Below are positions 28,251-45,872 of a stretch of DNA of 64,000 nt, piece after piece; position 1 is the stretch's first letter, and the number at the start of each line of letters is the position of its first letter. The position numbers and the translations under genes were made by a program. The notes below the pieces were generated by a model. That model ran no database searches. It worked only from the letters and a program-made list of their open reading frames with translations, and was not told the DNA's origin. This stretch comes from Laetmonice hystrix (Eukaryota): positions 2,604,001 to 2,668,000 of the forward strand of contig OZ249445.1 of the NCBI GenBank assembly GCA_965235115.1, written 5' to 3'.

Positions 28251-31200
28251 CAGGAATTTCAAACATAAAGTAGCAAGAAACAATTAGCAAACTGTAACAC
28301 ATACTGGAGGTTCTTTCTCCATCCCTGTTTCCCCTGGAAATTTTCTTAGCACGCTTTGTTCACACATGTACATCACACCAATGAAACGACGTCTGTTTCA
28401 CATAACCCACACATCAAAAAGTTGTTTAAAACTAAGGACGAAAAGAGTGATTTAAATTGATAAATTACCATCAGTATCACAATTATACTTCCTAATGTCG
28501 AAGCGATATGACAATATACAAAGAGTCACGATGAAGGATCCTGGTGATCGATGACCAAGACTTTCTCATATTATATTCTGAAATCTAATTACACAGAGAT
28601 TATGTATGCTTAGCACACAGAATCTGAACCTTAATAATGCTTTATGAGGGAATAAAGTCCCACAATGTATGCGGATTCCAAGACTGCTCGTCTACCCACG
28701 CCAATTTCCAATCGTCGCTTCTAAAGCTGCCATTGTGGGTTTGTGGTCTGTGTCGTACCAGCCACATAATCCGCCTAAACCCATCCATCAGCGGATAGCC
28801 AACCCGCCCGGCACGTGTGAAAGCTCATTACCGTGGTCAGACCTAACTTTAACTCCTACCCGGTCTACTCCATGGCGTGGGGGGGGGGGGGGGGGGCAGC
28901 ACGCGAGGATGTGATCCGCTCTGTTAGTTAGGGTGCTGTGTTTTACCCTTTACGTCTCTGGTTTTACCCCGCGTCCTCCTACCGCCGGCCAACATGCACG
29001 CACGCCCGGACTAATCTGGGTCTGCCCTTTTTATTCATGCATTCTACCATTATGGGTCACACATTACAAACGTCCTTTCCTGAGTAGTCTCATGTCTCAA
29101 CCAACTGTCAGTATCTAGGGGGCTGATGTGGGATTTTCAGTTTAGGGGGGGAGGGGTCTTTATGGCCGATCCCGCCGACAAAACATCATATATGTGAGCC
29201 GGGTCCCTTGGTGTGGCCCTAGCACTGGCCCTTTATTTTCTAAGGTCATGTCCTACACTAAATCAGACCCATTACATATCGATACTATGTATTTTAATAG
29301 AAGGAACAAGTGTTTTTGATTATACAAATGTACAGATATCCATATGTTGCCATGCTACTTTTGTGTGGGATGTCTATAGCAAATCCATGTCTTGGCTACT
29401 TTGAGTGCTTCTTACACTCATCTGGGGGCCTTCCAGATAAATTCAAGGTTTTGCACAGGCATACATTCCCTATGAACCCAGGCTTATTACAAAAAAATAA
29501 GCATTTGAGAGGTGTAGCACATGACCTTAACTTGCCATTTTAGACGGGGGCGAGACCACCTTTTCTGGCTGTACTAGTACGGGAATTCGGAAAGAGCTTG
29601 CTTGCCTTAATCTCAATCCCACATTCCTTCCTGTTCCCATGATGCAGCGCGAGAGATACCCACCCATTAGAAGGGTAGCTTTGTGAGACAGAATGTCATG
29701 TTCCATTTTCCTAGGACGATATCTTACAATATCTAATATAGCAGACAATGCTCTCATTACGGGTTGCCTGGCGACGGGGACAGCTGCACTGGCCAACATC
29801 TTTACATGCAGTGCCCGGACTGATCAGATTATCCTGCCTTGTGCTGGATCCATCTAACCACCCCCCCCCCCCTGCCATTCCTCACCGTCTCCTAGCTACA
29901 ATGGAGCGCTGCTCATACCGTAATCCCACTGACGGCGATTATCATTACAATGTCACCACGTCCATATATACCCGCAAGGTGGACAGTTCCATTTCCGCTG
30001 CGGGTTGACTTTACGCCACTTGGGGGTATGACGTGGAAGGTCACACCAACAGCAACATGCAACTCCGCTCAACATCCAGCTAACTGCTTAAAGAAGGACT
30101 TCCGACTGGAATGGACCAGTATGGCATCCTGTCTGTGCATCTATGAGGAAATTCAGTGTTAGCCCTGGCAGTTCGGGCTCACCCCTCCTGTCAAACAGAA
30201 ACCAATTTTCCTATGGACCATTAGTACTGGGGAGCACAAATTTAGTATCATTACCCTCTTAACTATCAGCAATATGGTGGCTTATTATCCCAAATATATT
30301 CTATTCAAATATTGGCAGTGGTGCTTCAAACCGGTCCTACACTACCGACCATATTAAAGAGACACACTGCTGCATGGTTAAACACTCATATTTTGTCAGG
30401 TACGACTTTACTCTGTATCTGAGCACCAAGGTTTGCTCAATATTGAACTGGAGGGTAAATTTGTCCCTCGGAGACGCCGGAGAAAATGTCAATACCCTTA
30501 TCTGTTGGGGATATATATAGTGACGCCAGTTGTGTAATGAGGGTTACAGCAATGACCCTGTCCTCTAGTCCCAGGGCATTGTGTCTGATTGCTTCACACA
30601 GCCAGGCTAACACTACTGTAGGCCTATACACGATCAAACTAAACAGAAAGGGAAAAACTGACGACTGGACTTCACTTATTATTATTTCGGAAGGAACCCC
30701 CACAACAAATGCCGACCTACCTTCACCCTAGACCATTCCTCCTGCTTGCTTCATTACAGCAAGAGAGAAAATATCTTCTCCTATATTAACCTAGGTCAAA
30801 AACATCCATTCCAAGAGGCGGAGATGGACCACCTAGGAGAGATGAGGGATCTTCATCCGTTCATCTTCTGTCAGAGAAATGATCTATCCTATTTGGCCAG
30901 CAGCATCTCCGATATAAACGCTCCGATATCAAGCTGAGATCATGTTATGTTGCCTCTTATCTGTACATCTTCCAGTAAATTGTGCAGGGCGGGGGGGGGG
31001 GGGGGGCACAGACGGACAGCAGTGGCTAGCTGCATGGAGTCAGCGCTGTGTGTCGAGGTGGTCGCCCGCCATAACGAACTGTCTGGCGATGACAGAGATC
31101 ACTCACGACGTACGCAAGGTGACATTTGGTGGCACACACACTTAATGGAGGTATAAAGTATTTTGTGCCCAGAAACGATGACCTTTACAACCAGCAACAG

Positions 31201-31794
31201 AGGTAACATTCAAAGGCTAAAAGTGTCCTGGCTGATTTCATACAGTTGGCGAACCAAGTACTAAAACGTACACGTACATAATATGAAGTCCAAGTATGTC
31301 TTATTGCCATCATTCTCTCTGGCCCCGTCCTTTAAATATACCTTTCTAATATTTAATCCATTACAACATCAAGATACGACACATGCAAATTATCGGATCA
31401 CATGTATACACTAGCATTACATAAAGCATGGAAAACACCCGAAAAGTTAACCGATGGAACTGTAATTCTAGCATTCACCCATAGCTCTGTCTGAATCGAC
31501 AATGGCTGTTGGACCATACGCGTCCTCCCATTAACCACCGTGATTGGGCCATTACCATGGAGCATGGAACTCGAGCTAAGCCGAGTCGAGGTCCGTGCTG
31601 GCCACCAGGCCCTCGTCTTACCACAGCAGGATGACGACTGCCGGGATCAACGGCTGGCACCGAATGAAGCGACATATTCACACCTCTCTCTCTCCATCAG
31701 ATTATAAACGACTCCGGATATACTTACCACACTGTTCCCGACTTGTGAGGCAAATTACACAACCAAGTCGCAGTACCCAATATATAACATTTAA

Positions 31795-32131
31795 AGGTGC
31801 TATTCGTCTCGCACAGAATGGCATTTCTCCTATCATACATTGTGCACATAGTACTAGAAAAAATTCCTACCGATACCATTGGCCTGATAAACCTTCTATT
31901 AGTTTGTGTGCAGCATTTGAAACCTATCTCGGTGCGCACCGAGATAGAGCCATTTCCTATGGTGAGGCGTGTCAGGGTCTCCACAGGCCTTCTGAGAGAG
32001 CCCCATTTGTGCCGTTATCCATGAAAAATTTTGATTTCCTTTGTTGTGAATCTATTTCCATGGGTGGGATCACATAAACGTCAACAAAATAAAAAATAAA
32101 AAAATTGAATTTTTGTTCACGAATAGCACCT
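31795..32131. mobile_element. Kolobok-type MITE, copy 2 (inverted relative to 1857-2196)
   Basis: Same 13-bp TIRs and TTAA flanks (31791-31794, 32132-32135); the interior is the reverse complement of copy 1, which explains the duplicated small ORFs in the track. Confidence 0.85.
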
Positions 32132-35100
32132 TTAACCATGTGCATCTGGAATGGTTTTAATCCTTCTTAGCATCAGGTGATGATGATATGTCATTTCTGT
32201 TTGCTTCATGAGCACTGAATTCTAAATTCGACGCTATGACATCATCTGAACTTACTTTGGAAGGTGCCATATATAAAATTATATAACTTCTCTACAGTGT
32301 ACTGTTATGTGGCTTTTTAAGAGTTTTAATTCAAAATATAGCCACTAACTGTAACATGTACATAGTTCTGTGCCCCACACATATCACAGGCTGTATTTAT
32401 TTCAAGGTGGTCCTGACTATAAAACTGTGTTCAAGGTACGCCCTACGACTCGTTGCCCAGACATTCCATTCAACATCTGTGGCACTGGTCTGAAACCAAT
32501 TTAGAACAGTGCAAAAAGAGATTTATTCCACTTAGCATTAATTCAGAATCTGTTTATATACACACACCAAACCTTTGTAAACAATGGTCCCTCTATTTCT
32601 TTGAGACCACATTTCCCCTTTATGTAATGTTAAGGGGCTCAAGGTTGTAAAAGCAATTGCCTGATGGTAGACCCGTCTCACCCCCAAAGTACTGAAGCAT
32701 TGTAGTGATTGCCCTGTTTCCGAGGAGATAACGTCACTGTTGCGCCATGATTATATCATTTCATCTAATCAGAAAAAAAATCTTGACGTCCATATCCTCT
32801 TAATCACGGAGGTCGTGATTATAAATACACTCCAGGGGTGGTCAGATACACCTCCTAGATCAAAGTGTTTTATCTGGGACAGGCATGCACCCCCTCACCC
32901 CACCCCTATCAAAGTATCCATTGAAACCACACATACATGCATCTAATTAGGCGACCATAAAATGACAGAGTAAATTGTCCAGACTACATACTTACATCAA
33001 ACGAGTTATGATTTCTCTCTCTTTCTCTTTCTTTTAATTTTATCAGAAAAGTACAGCAGTATTGCCCAGTAGCGATGTAAAAGTTCCACGGAAAACTAAC
33101 CTAGTACATGTAGTTGTGGTCACCGGTAGGGCTTGGTCAATCCCAATCCAAGCGTACCTGCCTAGCTTTGTTTTACAAAGTGCAGTCTCAGGGGTCCAGT
33201 CTTAGGGAGATATCCTGTCTGCCTTCATGAATAGTAGAGCACAAGGGAGAATAATTTTCTATGCATCTGTTTCCCAGACACATTTCCTTCTGAATTACAT
33301 GTATAGTAACTGGCCTGACAACAGTAACAATGGGCACCAGGCAGCTCGGGGGGGGGGGGGGTCACAGAAAGACAGCGTCAGTGGCATGTCAAAGACAGCA
33401 TCCCTCAAGCGTGAACGCCGGTTGAAGGCGGGCGGGGGGGGGGGGGGGGAGAGTCAGTGAGTGTGTGAACCAATGAAAAGCTGTCAATCAAGGTTTTGAT
33501 GTACATATGTGCCCTCATTTCAATTCAAGGCCAATCACAAATCAGTTACGTAAGAGCGGTGTCAAAGCTACACTGGGGAGCAACTCTTGCAGCCTCTTGT
33601 ACTGGACAGACTGTGTTTTATAAGGCTGCTGACGGGTCCGAGGTCAGCCAGTGTCCAACCTGACTTCAGTGTTCACACATCCAAGACAACAAGAAATCTT
33701 CACCTTCTACGACAGTACCAGTCTCCCGGTAAATATACATTACAAAACTTTACATCGAATGTTTGGGAACTTGACTTGAATGTGAACGAGGGGTATTGCC
33801 TGCCACGTGCTGAAGAGACAGAGAAGAAACTGGACTATCATAAAAGTTCTTTAGTTGTCCTTGAGGAACCATCCTTGATGGCGTAAAAGGTCGCAAACTG
33901 CTCATATCGCAGGCCACATTATTTATCATTCAGCTGGAATGGACTCGGAGAGTAAAAGGGGATTATAAATGTTGCTTTCTGTATAATGCTAGGGCAGCAT
34001 TGAAGAGTGCAACTGTGAGGGATACCAGACAAATGTATTGTACGGTACCTCATATTGACCAGTATCAATATTTGGTGTATTGATACTAAAAGCCCCCACT
34101 ACTGACTGAATGTGAGGGCCATACACATGAAAAAATCTATGCAAAATGTTTTGATCAAAAGATTGGAGCATCCAGACATCAGAATATTTAGAGAGCTATA
34201 GAAAAATGGGAATGACCAACTGGTAGGTACATCGAGACAGGTTATCATATGAGAAAGACTCAACGGTGAACCCATCTGAATTTTAAAACCTAGAGCTGTC
34301 GATGGTTTAAAATTAAATATGACTAGTCTGTACCTTTTGCATGATAATATTACACCAAATAGCAAACCCCTACCCCCCAGGTCTGGGTTGAACGTCACTG
34401 TACTGGGCGAGGAAAGGAAAACCCAGCAATTCTTGTCAGACTGGATCACCATCCTGACTGACCTGCAAGATGAGGTCAGGGGGTCAAAGGCTAAATGTCA
34501 AAGTTCAGGTGTTTGTTGATCTGGAGCAACCTGGTTATAAACACCAGTAGTATCAGGTGCCAGAGATCATGTTTATTTGGATGTTAGCGACAGCCCGCAG
34601 TCCACGAGTGGCATGCAGATGGAAAGACAATGCAGCATGGCCAATCTCATAGAGTACATATTGGACGCACACACCTCCACACAAAGTCTGAAATGATATC
34701 AGTAGGGCTTCCATAGTCCTTGCAGTGCCTATCAAAACAGGTACAAGATAAAGCCGCGAATGGACCAAGTGAAAGCTGAAAAAGATCAGGTGTGCTAGCT
34801 TTTTTTCAAGTGTGTTTTATCAAACTGATAAGTGAGGAGACCGGCGACAAAAGGCCAAAATAATTACTGACAAGCGGCATTTATTTGCAAATAAGGGAAA
34901 AAAGGCAAACTGCGGGCCTGTACTCCTGCTGAATATATATTCATGCATAGGCCTAAAACTACATGCCGAATGTTAATGGTGATGGAACAGGAAGAGTTGT
35001 TCACGCTCTCTGGTCTATGATCGACATATAACCACAGGAGATGGGATACTTACCAAGCAAAACGGGTGGACGTAAAAATAAAACTTTAATTAAGCCAAGG

Positions 35101-35930
35101 CCATCATATCAGTCAGTTATTAAACATGCATCTGCTAGACTGCTAAGCTAAGCCTAAGCTATAAGCCAAGGCTAAGGCCTAAGCCTAAGGTGCTTTGTGT
35201 TTGAAGACAAACTAAGTTTGGAAATCGTGCATGATGTTTCACAACATCTGGAGATAAAAATCACTCAACTCAGAATAATTATAGGTCCTAGATAGAGTTT
35301 AGGTCTAATGAAATATAGCCTAACTAACTTAATTATAGCATAATATAGGCCTAGGCTCTTAAGTCTGTGTGTGTGTGTGGGGGGGGGGACTAATGGCTAT
35401 TGCCCCCCCCCCCCCCCCTCACAGTCACACACACACATTTGAAAGATGGGGGCGGGGCGCCCTCTCCCCCTGTTCCGACATCACTCTAACTAAGCCTAAC
35501 TGTTAACGTTAAGGTTAGATGCACCTTGACAGAGTCAGTGGGATGCCCACAACCATCCCTGTCAAGTGACAGCTCCATCCGCGGCACGCGGGTGGGTTTG
35601 GCTGCGATACTGCTGGCATCTATGTTCTCGGACGCTGGTCGCCTGCTGCCCCGACGCTGACGGCTCAGACGGTCGAGCCTCCTCGGGCCTGCCCGACCCT
35701 CTCTCACAGACTGCACGCACTCAACCCCCTGCCGCAGCGTTCCCACATTATTCAACGCTCTAGTAAAAATGTCCGGTTGCAAACTACCTACCTGATATAC
35801 TTCTCGTAATAGATGCTTATCGCTCTATGGCCGAGGAGATGGGCATTGTCGGAAAACGTACAGATCCCAGGACAATGTTCAGGGTCTTCTACACACGGCA
35901 GTATCCCCTGACTCTCCGGAGGGGATCCCA

Positions 35931-36028
35931 AGCCAATCAGAACGCTGCGTGTACTACGTCATCACTTTGTGTGCATAGACAGGAAGTGATGACCTAGCAC
36001 TCGTCCATGTGGTTTGAGCAAGCTCAAA

Positions 36029-36034
<6 letters not shown>
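35931..36034 (+). promoter_or_regulatory. PRMT1 proximal promoter (housekeeping-type motifs)
   Basis: CCAAT box AGCCAATCAG 35931-35940, CRE-like TACGTCAT 35955-35962, ETS ACAGGAAGTG 35979-35988, YY1-like CAAAATGGCT 36025-36034 overlapping the ATG. These are motif matches only. Confidence 0.5.
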
Positions 36035-42499
<6,465 letters not shown>

Positions 42500-44763
42500 A
42501 CAAACAACAGTTTTACTGCAGAAACTTCTCCCGCAAGCAAGACACAGGCAGATGGTCCCAACAGCCGGCTGACACCATTGCCCAACTACTCTTTGAGACT
42601 CCCAGGTCTTGCACCGATGTGATACACTTTGAGAACAGAAAAAAATGTAAAATAATTATAAATATATTATATGGGTTCTATTATATGTATACGCCAGCAT
42701 CATATTGGGTGGGAAGAGGGGACAGTCTAGAGGTGTTTCTGATCAATTAGGTTAGGGTTTTTAATAAGTTCTACATGAGGGTTCATCCTGACCAACAAGA
42801 TTGCTAGAGGATACACACATGCGAATTGTATGTGTTGTTAAACCGTCCTGTTGTCAAAAGTGTCCACAAGGGTAGTTGGCACTTTGAGCTGGCAGGTGGC
42901 GCTAGTGTATTTACTGGGAACGGTGCGGCCAGCCGTCGCTAGACCAATTTATGTCCATTTATGGATGGAAGCTGGAATAATAGAGAGGGAGCCCCACGCA
43001 TGAAAGACAATGAGAACAAGTGGATAATGTAATTTATGGCAATCGGGTGTTTCAGTCCTACAAATCCTGACTGTAGCCCTTCTCATATTTTAGAGAAACT
43101 TTATTCCTTACGCAGTCCAAAATGTAGTATTTTCTGTTGTTCACTAGATAATTCTGTTCAGCGCTAAAGCATGTTGTCCAGTGATGCTCTAATAGATGGT
43201 ACACATTGCCACAGTACTCAGTTTTTCTAATATTCCAAAGGTCAAGTATAAGTACTAAGTGCAAATATTGATGTTAAATCTTAAAATTGTTTACTGAGGT
43301 TAGCTGGCAGTTGAAGTTTGAATGGTCTTGAGAAGAAAAATGGGAGTAAACGTGACGCTTTCCTTTTACTAAAGTAACATGAAGCTCGTAAAAAAAAATG
43401 CTTGTTCGACATGGTTTTCCACTATATCTGTTCACTAGATTAGCCGGGTTGTGGCCGCTCCATAGAGATCAGCCATTTTCTCCCTAGAGCTTTGTTTCCA
43501 CCTCTGCTGTGGCATAGAGTGCCAGCAAAAGGCCATCCCGGAATCCAGCCAGACCACCTCTGTGGCTGGACCAAAAAAAAGTATTTTAAGTTAACTAAAT
43601 ATTTTAAAATTTGAATTGCACGAGTGGTTAATTTTGTATGAAGCATGGTCAAGGCGTTTTTCTTGGTCCTTTCTCCTAGAAGACCTGATTGTGGGGACGC
43701 AGGTTTTATGGATAAATCGAGACTGCCGTTTGCATTTACTGAACCGATGGACAGCATGAGAGCGTAGATTCTCCCGGGACAGTAGAACAGGAAGGGCCAG
43801 CAAAGATAATCTCGTCACAAACTTACCCAGAGATTATCCAAGAAGGAAAAACATAGCTGAAGGTTTTAAAGTGCATATAAGAAAAATAAAAAGTATAAGG
43901 TATAACATACCATACGTTTGTTGTTTGTAAGAACTAAATTTGTGCGGCCTTTGTTTTTTATACAGGCGAGGAACAGCCAGAAAACGTTGCATATGATCTC
44001 TCCCTTTTTCCAATAACTGTTGCAGTATCGTCAAATGTGAGGTTCATGGTGGTACTATAATTTAGAAAAAGGTCCTTTAAGAAATACTACTATGGCTCAC
44101 CACACAGCAATGAATGTTTTATAAATAAAGTTGCCCCCATTATGAAGTAGCCCCCCCAAAAAAACGCATTTTTATTTTACGACCACTCTGCCCCGGTTAG
44201 TTTCGCTGACTATATTTGTATATCTGGCAGGTGGCTGCAAAGCGAAGGAATGAAGTTTATTATACCTTTGCACGAAATAACGAGCGCTGATTGGCTGAGC
44301 TACTAGTGTAATAAAAATATCTGTATTACCCCTGTCCACTGACCTAAAAATATTTCGACCCAGTTTTGTACCAATAGACATCCGGCATTTGTACCATGTG
44401 ACTCGTGTTTGGCCTACTTTAAATCCTGTATCACCACTGTTTACTGACCCAGATATGGTCCGACCGAATTTTTGCACCAATGAACGGAGAGTGTGTGTTT
44501 TGATACCTACGTCACAATTCATTTGTTCCACTGTTACCTTACGTCACAATCCTTTTGTTGAATTGTTACTATGAACGATGTCGTCAAAATGACCTGCGTC
44601 ATAATTCATCGTCATAGTTATGTCCCGGCGTCACATAAAATAGTCACCAATACAGCGCATTTTACTAAGTTAGAAACAATTAATCCAACTTAAATATATT
44701 ACCATTAATTAAATTATGAAAAAGGTATAATAAATACAGGAACAAACTCGTGTGTGATAACGG

Positions 44764-44857
44764 GATTCTGTATCAGACTCGGCGGCAAGCGCGGAGATTC
44801 ACATCAGCACTCCTGCTGATATTACTCCGCGCTTGCCGCCTCGTCTGATACAGAATC
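44764..44857. repeat. 94-nt near-perfect hairpin between the convergent 3' ends
   Basis: Arms 44764-44796 and 44825-44857 pair at 31/33 positions; inner 7-bp stem ATCAGCA / TGCTGAT with a 4-nt loop. Confidence 0.8.
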
Positions 44858-45818
44858 TGCATTACACAGTTAGCATAATATAAGCATCTGCATTACACAG
44901 TAAAAACAATAACAAAAGAAAATATTAAAATCACATATTTTTATTGACATATTCATCCAAGAAATGGAATGATTCCACACAGGAGCAGCTTCTGACAAGC
45001 GTCCATGTGAGAAGGCACAATTCTTTAAAAGTGAATGATTTCACCCCGTTTAAGTGAAACGAAAGGGAAAAACTACAGGAATGTAGCAGTTTCTAACGGA
45101 TTTTTCATGTTGTATACAAAATTGTAACTATATACATAAAAGTTCCATAAAAATGACACTACAAAGACTACATTACTACAAGATACAACTGAAGACTGAA
45201 AGAACACAAATGTTGTTTCTGATTCGTCTTGTTACAATGTATTTAAAATCAACTGTTACAATTTGTTTAAAAATCTGTCCAGTCCTTTGTACACATACAC
45301 ATACTCCATACCATAACTCACTGCACCATGGTTCATCTAGAGTAGGCCCAATGAAAATAGTTTCTGTATACTCATCCCTGGGGCAGCAGCTACCTGCTGA
45401 CCAGAGACTGAGGAGCACTTTGCAGAAGTCTAGAAAATGCTCCCCTGAAAGCTCATACAATGTCTATGGAATGGATGGATAAAAACCAGCTTATTAAATG
45501 TTTGACAGTTCTGTACAGTACCTGTCTTTATGTTCATGTACATAAGCTTTTGTAAAACGTTTTTCTGCCTTCTATCTACAGTATTGTGCATGGTTTTATG
45601 ACATATAATATGCACGTTCTGGCAGAACTGAACCTGTTAATTTCTCTGGCTACACCATATGGAAAAATAAACACCTTTCCGTGAACATTGTTCTCATACA
45701 TATTCTGCCATAAAGTAAAATTCAAAGTTCAAAGCACTGTCTCTGAATATTGGTAACGCCAGCAAGTTTATAATGGTCCTGATAAATGGGCAAGCTGTCA
45801 ACATACGGCTGACGGCTC

Positions 45819-45872
45819 TCACTGGTTGGGCATCTTTCTGATCAGGCAGATTGACCCGATAATTCCAGATAC
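45819..45872 (-). CDS. TspB terminal coding exon
   Basis: ctgctttcag|VSGIIGSICLIRKMPNQ*; aligns with TspA ISGMAFAIILY. Confidence 0.85.
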   Translation of the reverse strand, partial: VSGIIGSICLIRKMPNQ

